64,000 bases of DNA from Octopus bimaculoides. Its lineage: Eukaryota. A program made the translations under genes and the position numbers. Of the stretch, positions 11,832 to 25,693 are shown in pieces. The DNA lies in contig NC_068987.1 in assembly GCF_001194135.2 (NCBI RefSeq), positions 99,048,543 through 99,112,542 of the forward strand, in the 5' to 3' direction. The notes below the pieces were generated by a model. It worked only from the letters and a program-made list of their open reading frames with translations, ran no database searches and was not told the DNA's origin. Numbering within the stretch: position 1 is the stretch's first letter; each line of letters opens with the position of its first letter.

Positions 11832-14800
11832 ATCAATGAGCTGACAGAATGAAAGATACAGAGATGTCACTTGTCTTATTACTCAGGGTTTACAGGTAGC
11901 CAGTAAAACAATAAACCAGACAGTTTGAGAGTTCTTGGAGTTCAGGAAGTATAATATAATGATAATTCTTCAGAGACGTACATCAAAATCGCAATCTGAA
12001 AGAACGCGGTCTGGTTGTTCGTTGTTGATGGTGTTGTTATTGAAGATATAATTGATTTTATTGCTTTTGTTTGCAATTATTAATCTACATAATGATGATG
12101 ATGATAATGACGACAATGACAATGGTGACAATGTTGATGATGGTTGATGAGGAGGTGGATGAAGAGGATAAACGTTACGATGATAATCATCTATATTTCT
12201 GAGCAACGCGTTTTAATATTACTACATTTTAAGCTATTAGTATCCATGTATTACGTCGTTGACTTTGTTCTCGTGATGAATATTTCCAGGTAGACAAAGA
12301 CAGGATTATGAACGTCACGAGCAAGAGCGTTTAAATATTTATGAAGAATAAATTGAAAATCTCAAAACGAAACAGCATTTTCGTTGTATTTTCTTTTCCT
12401 ATATGATTGTTTTTGATTTCTTTTTTGCATTTTTATGTATTCATTTATTCGAACCTTCGAAGCGACAAGAGTACTTTTATACATACATAATGTTGTACTA
12501 TAAATTAAAACATCATACCTTATTGACACATTTCGTATTATCTCGTTGATAGTAGTACTAGAAATGTGAAGTCGGAGAAACTCGTACACAAGCTTCTACA
12601 GTCACTCTCATTTCAAATCCCGCTGACATTACACTTCATCAATCCACAATTGGCAACAGTTTTTATCAGTCACACATTAATGTCGAAATGATTTACGGCA
12701 TTTTTTCTCCACTAAACTTTTGGCATTATAATTAACTTTGATATTGCTATCATGCCCATACTGAAAAGATTTGAAATCAAGTTCATGCCCTAAAATATGT
12801 GGTACTTATATTTATAGTTTTATGTAAGTATTGCAACATTTATGGCTTATAGAACAGGTAGATAAAAAATGAAAATGTGGTGGAATACAAACACTTACCC
12901 TAAAACTTAGAATAAAAAGATGTGCACAGTGAATTGAAAGTAGAAACAACAAAGGGAAGGCGAAATAAAATAGAAAAAATAATGGACAAAAAAAGAGAAA
13001 CAGCATGTGGTAAAGCGCATGGTTATCTTTGGACTACACACTGTGGAGTGTCTGCTTGGTGATGTCCCAGCATGACCAACGCTTACGAGTTGAAAGAAGT
13101 AAAAGTTATAAAAATTAATAGATGTATTTAGCAATCCTTAGATACCGAGAATGTACAAATTTCATGTGTAAGTATTTATATTTGCAAGCATTTTTACAAT
13201 GCAGATAATGGCCTAGAGTTTCAAATTTACTGTTTTTTACGATGTATACATCTTTTTAGGTTGTGCTTTGAGGTTTGTGTTTTAAGAATATATATTTTTT
13301 GTTTTAGTTTCTTATAAGTATAAATTGATATGTGACACATTACGCAACAGCTATTCTATGTGAAATGTGCTGCATTCAGTAAGTGCTATAAAGGAAAGAA
13401 TATTTATTTGTGGTCAGAGTAAAAAAAGTATTTGCCAAAACGCATGAGCATTCAACGAAGTGCTGAAATGAAAGTATCATGAACTTTTCAGTCCAAGTCC
13501 AGAAAAACTGGGAACATGATTTTGTGGCACAAAGTTGAGAATTCGTGTAACAGCAGGAAGAACAGTGATGTCTAACAGTTCATGACAAAGTGCCTTTGCC
13601 ACCACAAGAAACATACACTACACACATAAAAAGACCCATTATGCTTGGGTGATTCAGCTTTTGCGGAGGTTAGTTTGACCCATCAAGTTTGGTCTATGCT
13701 GTTTTATAAATCACGGAAAATTATTTATCTTTGGTTTCATTTGCCACTGATGTTTCTGTATTGTATATGTTTTCTTTTTGTTTTGTTAAACAAAGAGAAA
13801 TTCACAACTGGCTGACCGAATTAACACGCAGTTGAGTTTTCTGACTGCACTTCATAAAAGCGTTGTTCCTCTGCTGAAGATATTTGCCGGTCATGGAATG
13901 TGCAATATTTTCGATAACGATCAGTTCTACGATTTTTAAAAATTGTTTTGTCCTGGTTGATTAGCCCAAACAAGTTGAGAGGAATAAATATAGAAAATCA
14001 TATCAAACAGTCTCTCCAAATACTACTCTAATCGAAACCATTTTCTTAGGGCATCTTCTGTGACAAGTTTAATGAAATATTGCACAAACATATCAAGCAT
14101 TTGGGACAATTACCCCAGAGTTGCGTTTAAACAGACTTTATAATTCTTCATTAAAATTCGTTTTTATATATGCATGCAGAGAAAAAGATGATTTACTCTT
14201 TCACTTATTTACAAGTAAGTCTGTATAAAATGATTTGTTTAAATTATCTAAAAATATCAGTCAAAACACTAGGAAACAATTGTTAGTTACATACACTATA
14301 TAAAGACAGTATATGTTGCTATGCTGGTATTAAATTCCTCATTTTAAAAAGTTTATATTTTCGGAAAGACAGTATGTGGCTTTAAATAATATGCAAGGAA
14401 AAATATAATTTAATCTTCCATTGTTTCACGTTTACATTTGCTCATACAGCTAAAATATGCAGGTATTATTCTTCATGAATCGGTCTATTAATTTTTGTAA
14501 TATTTCATATATCCTACAACATTAAGAAATTTAACATTCTGATTTATAGAGCATAAACATTGAATGTTTTACGAAGATGAAAAATACAATTAAATGTAAA
14601 ACAATAGATGGAATAAATTATTTTCAATCTGCAATGGTATCATCTGATGTTTTAGCGTGCACAATACCAGAACATATTAGGAATAAGAGAAAAAATTAGA
14701 AAGTGAAACGATGGATGAATAAATTATTTCCAATCTTCCATGGTTTTGAAACTACACATAAGTTTTTCGAAGATATGAATTTCAAAGTGGAACTATTAAA

Positions 14801-14871
14801 AAAAAGATAGCGTTCAAATTATGTACAGTCTCAATATGTGTGTGTGAGAGTGCGCGCAAACACACACACAG

Positions 14872-14930
<59 letters not shown>

Positions 14931-15580
14931 AATATATATGTATATATATATATGCAGAGTATGAAAGACACTAAGAGAGGTGTGGTGCATGCGTTATTAG
15001 TGTGTGTAGGTTATGTAATCCAATTATATTTTCCGGAATATTTGCAAGTTCTCTCTGAAGATAGAATGAGAAAATTAAGACAAAGCATATATAAAATTAG
15101 AGAAAATAATATAGAAATCGGGATGTCGACTGTGGTGATCCGAAACGTCGAACACATAAATTAAATATTTACTGTCTCTACAGGCTTGACGCTGCAGTTT
15201 CACTATATGTGGGATTCATGTAGTCCTACATACACACATATGCATGCAACTATACATATACACTGCAAAATATATGTATTTTATTTCTTGCTCCCTTTAT
15301 TGGAAAAAATTATTGGCCATGCTCAGAGATAACTTTGAAGGGTTTACTGGAAGAGATCGACGCAAGTACGTATTTCTAGGGCTGGCATTCATTCTACCTA
15401 ATTCTTTATGCCACACTGCTAACGTATATGATGGTAAAGAAACTGAAACCAGTTGCCGAAATGCGATAAACGAAACACATTGCTGGGAGACTAACACAGG
15501 CACCACACACACACACACACACATACATGCACACACATATATGTATGTATACACACACACACACACACACACATACACAC

Positions 15581-15646
<66 letters not shown>

Positions 15647-15769
15647 CGTTTTTGCATTTGATTTGCAAGATTCTTTATGTAAATTTGTGTATTGAAGCAA
15701 ATTGTATTATGTCTAGGGAGAGTCATTCTCTTTTTAATGCCTTATTTCTTAACACAATCACCGGTTCGA

Positions 15770-15950
15770 TTTCTACCCGTTGATTTAGTAATAAGTAAAT
15801 GAGAGGGGATCGGAAGAGACCGATCGTGCAAGTACCAGAATTCAAAACAAATATACTGGAGTCGATTCATTTGACTAACACCCTTCTAGATGTGGTCCCA
15901 GGAATGCCGAAATCAAGCGATTTATAAAAAGACTAAGCAATAAAATATCA
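15770..15950 (+). mobile_element. Old SINE remnant (3' half, SINE-B-type tail)
   Basis: aagtaccag..actggagtcgattcatttgactaa plus decayed tail resembling other SINE copies in the window. Confidence 0.45.
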
Positions 15951-16870
15951 AAAATACACAGAATAATGCAGCAAATAACCTCGTATTTTGCGTATTTTTC
16001 TACATTGTATGTAACTTGGATGTTTTGAAGCAATAGATTGTGAATGACCGATCATTTGGTTATTATTTTTAGCTGGTCCAGTGACAATATCCCTTTAGCT
16101 ATCTGCCCGATATACTAATCAAGTCAAACATTAAAGTTGACACGTTAACCTTCAAAACATAGATATTTGACTATTGTATGCAGTATTGATGAAATAAATA
16201 AAATAAATAAATTAAATTTAAAAAAATTCGCGCTATTACAGTTACATAAACAAAATATGTCTCACCCATAACAATGTTAGCACTGACTTAGAATAAGAAC
16301 ATTCTGTCTTCGCACTTATGTATGTTCATTCGATCATACTACAAATGAATAATTTCGTTCACAGTGGGTATTCTGTTATTACACGATACGCTCTTTTGAT
16401 TTTCAAACTGAAAATAGGATGATTTCACGAGAGTTTTATTCATTGTACCGATTGTTCTCCTACACACACACACACACACACACACACGACCGCGCGCACA
16501 CACATATCTGTATATATGCCCATGCCTGGGGTGGTGTATTTATATCAATATCAATATATATNNNNNNNNNNNNNNNNNNNNNNNNNNNNNNNNNNNNNNN
16601 NNNNNNNNNNNNNNNNNNNNNNNNNNNNNNNNNNNNNNNNNNNNNNNNNNNNNNNNNNNNNNNNNNNNNNNNNNNNNNNNNNNNNNNNNNNNNNNNNNNN
16701 NNNNNNNNNNNNNNNNNNNNNNNNNNNNNNNNNNNNNNNNNNNNNNNNNNNNNNNNNNNNNNNNNNNNNNNNNNNNNNNNNNNNNNNNNNNNNNNNNNNN
16801 NNNNNNNNNNNNNNNNNNNNNNNNNNNNNNNNNNNNNNNNNNNNNNNNNNNNNNNNNNNNNNNNNNNNNN

Positions 16871-16920
<50 letters not shown>

Positions 16921-16983
16921 GTGTGTGTATTATTATATATATATATATATATACATACATACAAACACACACAACCGCGCGCG

Positions 16984-17022
<39 letters not shown>

Positions 17023-18399
17023 GTACATACCTACACATATATATACATATATAAGACAAACACACATATACGCACACTTACATAAATGCACACTCACACA
17101 CACATATGAATACACACGCACACCACTGTACATACGCCCACGTTCATACACATACTCCTCTCGCATGATTCATGAAAACAACAGTTTTCTCATGATCAGA
17201 AGCATAAATTTACACATCAAATATTACATACACAATTCAGGGAATATATATCTAAAGTCGACATATAGGAAAATCACATACATTGACGCACAATATAGGA
17301 TAATATTTGCGCATAAACATGAAAGCATAAACGTTAAAATAATTTATATACTCAGAAACTCGCAATTATCAGATGAAATGACAGAAATCGACGATTATAT
17401 ACTCACTTCATATGCTATATAATAATACAGTAAATACCACAGATTAGTGTATGATTAATGTGAATTTTAGATATCGAAATCTAACGCAGCTTTTCATTAT
17501 GTACTAAATCTTTCGCATTTTTCATCATATTTTATGTACTTTATCTACTTTATACAATGAATACGTTCCGTAATATTATCATTTCAGTTTGATAGCCTTT
17601 TACAATTGAGAATTTACAACATAGTCATATTCATAGCGCTTTATGTACTTCAATTTTTACCCGTGTTTATATTCACGTAAATCATATATTCATGGTCTCT
17701 GATTGTTCAATACTCACAATAGCGTTTAGGATTTGAAGCATCACGAGAATTATTATAGATTTATCTTTAAGTTGAATAGGTAGTATCGATTCCTGTACTA
17801 TGGTAAATTCTTGGGTATATACTAAAACCTCAACGGTCAGTTTAGACAACAAAACAGGAGAGTTTACTTAAGAGTTCCACCAATTAAATATTGCTGTGCT
17901 GTGCGAAAATTTTAACCTTCTCAGGTGTAGCGGCAACAGCTACCTACTAATATGTTCTCCGACCTCCTGGGGCTAAGAACATTAAGAACTGGTGTCAGTT
18001 CCAGACCTATAAAATAACCTGGTCTGGGTTAACCAAAACATGCCTAACATCTACGAACCATATCGAATTTGTCACGTAATTTACTTACTTGCTCTCTAGT
18101 TTGTAATTTAATGAGATTTGTACCTTTCAAATATAGATAAATACATCAATATATAAATAAATAAATACATAGACACTCGAAAGAAAGAAAAGGTTGATAT
18201 CTATTTATTATGAAAGATAAACATTTGGACTGGTAGTTTGACTCATTGGATTACACATACGCAACAAATGGACGTTAATTTATGAACATCATCATATGAC
18301 ATATTTTCGACATAAATATCAAAAAATATATGTTATTCTTTTACTTGTTTCATTCATGTGACTGCGGCAATGCTAGAGCACCGCTTTTAATCGAACAAT

Positions 18400-18601
18400 C
18401 AACCTCAGGACTAATTCTTTGTAAGCCTAGTCCTTATTCTATTGGTTTCTTTTGTCCAACCGCTATGTTACTAAATCCACTCACAAGGCTTTTGTCGGCC
18501 CGAGACTATAGTAGAAGACACTTGCACAAGGTGCTAGGCAATAGAACTAAACCCAGCACCATGTGGTTGGAAAGCAAGCTTCTTATCACACAGCCACGCC
18601 T
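18400..18601 (-). mobile_element. tRNA-type SINE family B, internally deleted
   Basis: Similar to 30670-30818 and 47190-47357 (aatccactcacaaggc..ggcccgag..tatagtagaagacacttg..accatgtggttgg..cacagccacgcct). Confidence 0.85.
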
Positions 18602-18899
18602 GTTCCTATTTTTCAAAAAAGATATTAGAAAGCATATTATTATTTGGAAGATGTAAGAATATGAGAAAAACATGAAATAAGAAAAACAATAAATCTGATA
18701 TTTGAATATGAGGGAAAAATTAATGTATGTATTACCCCTGATGAATTTTATCGAACAGAATTTCTCTCAGAGCAATTAGGTATTTGTCACGTAACTTGAG
18801 TTGTTGAAATATTTAAAAATAAAATGCGGTTGGACGCCGGAGAAGCTCAGTAAAAATAATAGTAAATGTTTTTCAATTATTTGGATCGTACAAATATAT

Positions 18900-20200
18900 G
18901 GACAGAGGCTATATATGGGAATTACCGGGAGAAGTGGTCAATCATTTACCACATTAACTCTTACAGCATGCAATTCAAAACATTGAAGAGATAACGATAC
19001 CAAATTGCCATTCGTCCCGCACCAGTATTTATGAATCGTGCTGAAGGTGACCAGTAGCATTACACTGAAATATGACAGAATAACGTTAAATTCAACTCGG
19101 ATGAGAAACTTGATGTAAGAAAGGACCGTTAATTGGTCCACATTTTAATAAAGTACCACAATAACCGATGAAGCTGAAGTAATTTGGCTGCTTTTTCGAA
19201 CTTAGAAAATTAAAAAGTTCCTTCTGGAGCATCAATTACTATAAAACTGCACTTTTTTGATTGACTCACAAACAATCGTCTGTTCGTTATTAAGACTGTT
19301 TGGGTGATCATTGTAATGTCCTAACGAACACAATTTTTGGAGGACTATAATACTCTTATGAACTTTCATTTTGTATCGACTTGTTATCGAGTGTGTACGG
19401 TATATCTTTAATGGCCCCTTTTGTTCAATTTTCAAAGGTCATCGCGAAGTAGAAAATCTTCATTAAGATTGTCTCTAAGCACTTTGCATAAATTCATAAG
19501 CTCATACAGAGAACAGAAACGAAGAATTATATCAAATAGATTTCAAACCTGGTTTGCCAATCGAATAATTACCCTTACACTTATGCTTATTTGCTATTCT
19601 CTGTCACATTCAAAGAAATTTAATATTTGGCATATATGTTCAAATCATTCGCTTGTTACATTATTGACTCTGAAATTACCAAAACTCATACCTCCTGTTT
19701 CTAGCTGAAGTAATGATCTCAAATTGAAGATTTCAGTTTGCAACAGATGGACAGGGTACATTCTGTAAACGGCTTCTGATATTGTTTCTGGTTGTATTGT
19801 TCTTCTCTCTCTGCTTGTCTTGTTCTATCTCTTTTTTGATGAATGCTAGGTATTATGCTCCGCTATCGAGTATTCCTTACGCCAAGATCTTCAGCATTTA
19901 AGAAAATAATCTGTGAGTTTACTAGACTGAGCTGTTGAAGAACATTTTCTGCGTTGTTCGGGTAAATAATTACCAGCTGTTTAGTGGGCGTATGAAACTG
20001 AAGCCTAAAAGTGTGTTCAGAATTAGACTTCTAGACCATATGCCTTTTATATTAGTGATGTGAAAAAAGGGTGCTATTATGCTAATATGTTAGCTAGCGT
20101 AATTTCCGGCTGCTTTATGGATCGCGTATATGTTATTGAGTGTAGATGCTTGCGCTATGGAGTGGTTAACAGTTCGGAAAACTTCGTCAGAAGCTACCTT
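18900..20200 (-). mobile_element. Helitron RepHel relic (Rep-Hel linker and PIF1-like helicase motifs I-III)
   Basis: FRLQFHTPTKQLV; VYRMYPVHLLQTEIFNLRSLL..SFGNFR..FEHICQILNFFECDRE (~19770-19620); LRDNLNEDFL; IVIDAPEGT (~19240-19217); VR..SASS; LVRDE; DxPLLPVIP (~18943-18917). Confidence 0.8.
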
Positions 20201-20370
20201 TAATTTCCTCGCACACGAATATTATAAATGAACTGTGCTTACATTCTTAATATTATTTTGCCCACGCAAACTCTATTTAATATTAGAATTTACAGCATTT
20301 ATTTGTTTTACGATGTACTGTGCATAAATATATATTCGTTTCAAATTTAGTCACAAGAACAGCAGTTTTT

Positions 20371-20540
20371 GAGAAGGGGATATGTCGTTTATTTCGACAC
20401 CAGTGTTCAATTGGTATTTATTTTATCGACCACAAAATGATGAAAGACAAAGTCAAACCTGGCAAAATTTGATCTTAGAACGTATAAATTACTGCTAAGC
20501 ATTTTGCCCGGCGTGCAAACGATCTTGTCAGCACGCCGCC
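20371..20540 (-). mobile_element. SINE family A, diverged
   Basis: Matches SINE-A body seen at 23716-23951 (gatgaaagacaaagtc..ttagaacgt..gctaagcattttgcccggcgtgc..cgccgcc). Confidence 0.85.
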
Positions 20541-21003
20541 AAAGAATGTGCTTCAATATATATTGAATATCAGAGGTTTTCAGAGTAATTTCAAATGTGA
20601 TTTTTAAAAAAATACAATGAATTAATATTATCCATATAATAAATGTATTTATGAAAGTACTTTACGTCCTTGATTTAATTTTTTTCATTGAGTATACTTA
20701 AACCGTTGAAAATAATTTGCGTAGCAAAATGTCATCACAATAAATAAGAATAGAAACATTTATAAAATCTAAGTCACTTGCCTTCCATGTTCTGGTCGTG
20801 CGCGATTTTGATATACAATTTGCGTATTATTTCATAAATCGTAAATTGGTGTTTAAAAAATAACAGCTTTTTTTGCAAGTTATTAATCTAACAAATTGAA
20901 TTTTGAAATTTGATTATTTTCTTATTATACTATTCTAATAACTCAAATATAATAAATACACATAAACCTATAATAAATACTCGTATACACACACACACAC
21001 ACA

Positions 21004-21103
<100 letters not shown>

Positions 21104-21112
21104 ATGTATTTA

Positions 21113-21820
21113 CAGGAACCGCCATAAGTAACTATAAATATTTTCTTTTTCTTGTAACTTTGTTGATACTTATTCAATTTTTCTATTTCATATGTCATTT
21201 GAAAGCTGAAATCTTATATTTTTTCCCCATATTTCAGATATACTGTTATATCGATTATGTCCTCCCGATTAACAAAAGAGCTAAAGATCGCGGTTTTGAA
21301 ATGGTTCTGCACACAGTTATCTGGCAGCTCGAATTTGTTCCTTAAGTTCAGCAATATTGCGGGGCTTTGTTGAGTAGACTTTCACTTTGAGAACGCCCCA
21401 CAGGAAAAAAGTCGGGTGGGGTCAAATCCGGCGAACGAGAGGCCACTCAAGCGGTCCTCACCTGCCAATCCATCGACAGAGCTGGTTGGCGTCCAGCCAG
21501 TCTCACACAAGCGTAGCATAATGGGCCGGTGCCCCGTACTGCTGAAAGTAGAGACCCTTTGCTCTATCCTGCTGTTGTAATAACGGTAAAAGCAGCTTTT
21601 GTAGCATAGCCAAATAACTTTGTGCAGAACCATTTCAAAACCGCAATATTTTGCTCTTATGTTAATCGGGTGGACATAATTGATATAACACTATATCTGA
21701 AATAGGGGGAAAAAAATATAAGATTTCAGCTTTCAAATGACATATGAAATAGAAAAATTGAATAAGTATCAACAAAGTTACAAGCAAAAGAAAATATATA
21801 GTTACTTATGGCGGGCCCTG
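21113..21820 (-). mobile_element. Non-autonomous Tc1/mariner DD41D (rosa/VS-type) derivative with about 208-bp TIRs and TA TSD
   Basis: TA|cagg..ccgccataagtaact ... agttacttatggcgggccctg|TA; arms about 21113-21321 and 21613-21820; core reads FQQ(D>Y)GAPAHY..WIGRxGPLEWP(P)RSPDLTPPDFFLWGVLKVKVYSTKP with 41 residues between 2nd and 3rd catalytic positions. Confidence 0.9.
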
Positions 21821-23569
21821 TATATAAACTATTCAAAATACTTTCGTTGTATTTCGTACAGTAAGAATTCTGTTTTCCTCATTACTATGCCATTTCCTAT
21901 ATTGTTTGAAATATACTCAGCAGCTATTTATAGCAGGTGGAGTAATCAGAAGTGTTCTCTTACATGATAGAATATATGTACTCATTTTTAGTACTGTTTG
22001 TGATGGACGATGAAACCGAGTAAATATTTCAAGATCAATTTGTTCAAGTGAAAATTAAGGATAACCCAACAGAAATTATTGGGAAACATACGCAAACAAA
22101 CAGCGTTTAATGAGGACAGTCGAAAACTTCTTCGTGTGCTCCCTTGGTTGCAAGAAGTTGATTGATGGACCTCAACTTTTATAGATTCGTGAAATCTGAA
22201 AAGATAATTTATGAACACCTTATATATTTCCGTGGAATATGCTAGTCGAAGCATCATTATAATTAAACAAAGTGGTAAATCATAATATGCAATGAATTAT
22301 TTTGATTTACAAGAGAGAATATCTTAATATTTTTATTTCAAATTTTACATTTGTTTTGTATCTATAAATATTTACCATTCAAACGTTAGTACTCAGTGTT
22401 TTAGTCTCTAGTTTTCATGAAATAGTTTTGCTGCCTAGTTTCAACTGGTGAAAAAGACTGCATGCGATGAATCAATAAAAACAGAGACAGCTCTTCCGCT
22501 GACTGAAACCGTTGGCAAAAGGGAAACTGCATCTGTAATCTTTGTCTTTTTTGCCTCATTCCTCGAGAGATAAAAATAAAAATCATCAAAATTTCTAAGC
22601 AACTTTTATTTTTAGACTCTGTTATATACATGTATATATAAATTCAATAAATAAATTCACAACATTTTTAATTGCATTTCCATAGACTGAGAATTAGTGT
22701 AGCTTGTTATAGTGCCGTACAGAATGTCATGAAATACTTGTTCCGAAATTGCTAAATCATTAAGTTTGTTTTCTTGAAATTGAGACCGTAGGAAATTACA
22801 AGAATAGCTACAACGTGGTGGTTGGTGGAAACGAAAATACTACTGGCATATAAATATATGCCTGGTGGTAATTGTTCTGTCTCACTGTATTAAAAGTCCA
22901 GCTCACGCAATGACCAATTTCGGCGTAAGACCGGGCGACGAATTGAAATTAAAAACTTGATCTGAACGTGTGATGGACGGACGGTGGGACAGAAAACACG
23001 GCTCTTACAATATAGATTGCAACGTTTACAATAATTTCTCCTAGGTTTTCAGTGAAATATTTATTTATTTATTAATAATATATTCAATAAAATAGATTAT
23101 TCTAAAGAGTAACATACCAGGATTTGATCTTAGTACTCAAGAAAACCTTCATATTCATTGTCTAAACTCTGTTTCTGTGAGGTTTTAACGCCTTTTATCC
23201 GTAATTCAGTTAAATATTCTGTTCTGATCTAATAAATTGAATTGCCCCACCCCAATTTTACAGATCATCGCCTTATAAGCGGAGTAAGATATACGAAGAG
23301 ATTATAGTTTATGTACAATAATCAAAAGTGCGTATAAACATCTGATTGGGCACATGGTATATCGTTTAACAAGAACGTGTGAATCTACCTTTCTGTCTGT
23401 CCTTATATGTGTGTGCGTGTGTGCGTGTGTGTGTGTGTGCGTGTGCATGTGGGCGTGTGTGCGTGTGTATGTACATTACATACACACACGCACACACACA
23501 CATACACGCACATATATATGGACAAGGGAAGGGAGGCAAGGAGAGTGATGCCGTATGAGCAAATGGGCG

Positions 23570-23700
23570 AGTAGTTTGTTACGCACGTTCGTAAACACCA
23601 TATCTCGGGTTACAACTTACTGCGGTAGATCACGGCTATGAGTCTTTTGCCACAATCAGAAGCTGTCTCAAAAATTCACAGTGAGTCCGGTTTGGCAGAA
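23570..23700 (+). mobile_element. Very old SINE-B head/body that received the adjacent SINE-A
   Basis: Weak colinear similarity (ctcgggtt..actgcggt..gagtctttt..gtgagt..tttggcaga) to reverse complements of the SINE-B copies. Confidence 0.35.
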
Positions 23701-23715
23701 GCTGTTTGGGGCATA

Positions 23716-23951
23716 GGCGGCGAGCTGGCAGAAACGTTAGCACGCCGGGCGAAATGCTTAGCGGTATTATTTCGTCTGCTGCTATGTTGTGAGCTCAAAT
23801 TCCGCCGAGGTCGACTTTACCTTTCATCCTTTCGGGGTCGATAAATTAAGTACCAGTTACGCACTGGGGTCGATGTAATCGACTTAATTCCTTATTCTAT
23901 CCATGTTTGTTCCCTCTATGTTTAGCCCGCCTGTGGGCAATGAAGAAATAA
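23716..23951 (+). mobile_element. Full-length SINE family A (tail type 2), low divergence
   Basis: ggcggcgagctggcagaaacgttagc A-box-like head, agctcaaattcc B-box-like, tail gttccctctatgtttagcccgcctgtgggcaatgaagaaataa; degenerate TSD 23698-23715 / 23952-23969. Confidence 0.92.
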
Positions 23952-24173
23952 GAATCTGTTTGGACCACAATACTCGGGTGCGTCACATGCAGATTTCAAA
24001 GTTTTAATCAATGGAACATGTAAGTACTCATCGGCGAAACAGCGATGAAATAAGTTCGTGTGTCTATTTATGTAGATAGCTGTGAGTGTGTGTGTGTGTG
24101 TGTGTGTGTCTATGTGTTTGCATATATAGACATACGTGCAAATATATATAATATATAGACATACATACATACG

Positions 24174-24209
<36 letters not shown>

Positions 24210-24639
24210 TATATANNNNNNNNNNNNNNNNNNNNNNNNNNNNNNNNNNNNNNNNNNNNNNNNNNNNNNNNNNNNNNNNNNNNNNNNNNNNNNNNNNNNN
24301 NNNNNNNNNNNNNNNNNNNNNNNNNNNNNNNNNNNNNNNNNNNNNNNNNNNNNNNNNNNNNNNNNNNNNNNNNNNNNNNNNNNNNNNNNNNNNNNNNNNN
24401 NNNNNNNNNNNNNNNNNNNNNNNNNNNNNNNNNNNNNNNNNNNNNNNNNNNNNNNNNNNNNNNNNNNNNNNNNNNNNNNNNNNNNNNNNNNNNNNNNNNN
24501 NNNNNNNNNNNNNNNNNNNNNNNNNNNNNNNNNNNNNNNNNNNNNNNNNNNNNNNNNNNNNNNNNNNNNNNNNNNNNNNNNNNNNNNNNNNNNNNNNNNN
24601 NNNNNNNNNNNNNNNNNNNNNNNNNNNNNNNNNNNNNNN

Positions 24640-24675
<36 letters not shown>

Positions 24676-25367
24676 CACACCAAATATATTTATACATATA
24701 TATATATATATATACCTAAAGACATACATACATGCATACATACATACACACACATATACATATATACATGTGTTATGTGTGCGTGTGTCTGTTTAGGAGT
24801 GCTGTGACTTCAATTGTTATCAGCAGTTTATTTTGCAGATCGCTGCACAACATTTTGATTCACGTGACGTAATGTAAGAAGGTCAGAAGATATATTCGCT
24901 TCATGAAAAATATATATCTTAAGAACGGTCTTTGAGATTGTTGGAGCATGATGCTTGTGAAAAGAGATAGTTTTGCCGTCTTCAGAAGATAAGTATCAAG
25001 TCAAAGAAAATGAATGAACGTTAACATAGGAATTGGAAAGACAACAAAACAACGTAAAGGGGAAAATGGCAAAGAAAATGGTGTGGGGAGACAAGAGGAT
25101 GATGGCGAAAGATTATAAAAGTCGCAGTGGATTATGGGTAATGAGTGTTTTATTTTATCAAGCTGCCTCGTGGAAGAGGGTGGGAGAGGGGAGTAGATTT
25201 CATTTTAGACAGAAAGACAAAGTGAGTGTAGGGATGTTAAAGTGAATGAGAGTGGTTGATAGTGAGAGAAAGAAGGGGAATTATATGAGTGAGGAAGTGG
25301 AAGAAAGTTAGATATGGAGAGGTCTACACTTTTAATCTAAAGAGAAAATGATTTATAGAGATTTTAG

Positions 25368-25646
25368 AAGTCGTATATCAAAGGAAGAACGTTGAAGATG
25401 GCTGCATGATTGTCTCTACTCACACACTCATACACACAAATGCGTACACGTTTAGACTTACATCCACTATGCGAGGGCGTGTGTGGCTGCGTGAATATAT
25501 GCGCGAGCAAGAGCATGTGAACAGAGTATAGAGAATGAAGGTATGTGATTATATAAGCATGTATATCCAAATCTTAGCGTATAAGGACGCTAGCATACAT
25601 ACGTTTGTGTGTCTGTATGTGTTTGTGCCTGTGTGTATTTATGATG

Positions 25647-25693
<47 letters not shown>

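Noticed and set aside
18801-18986. ORF with YMGITGRS resembling a GIY-YIG motif
   Set aside because: It is the antisense of the Helitron LPVIP motif; no other GIY-YIG residues
23716-23800. tRNA-like A/B boxes in SINE heads (also 51553, 30780, 50700)
   Set aside because: They continue into repeated SINE bodies and do not form complete cloverleaves; not tRNA genes
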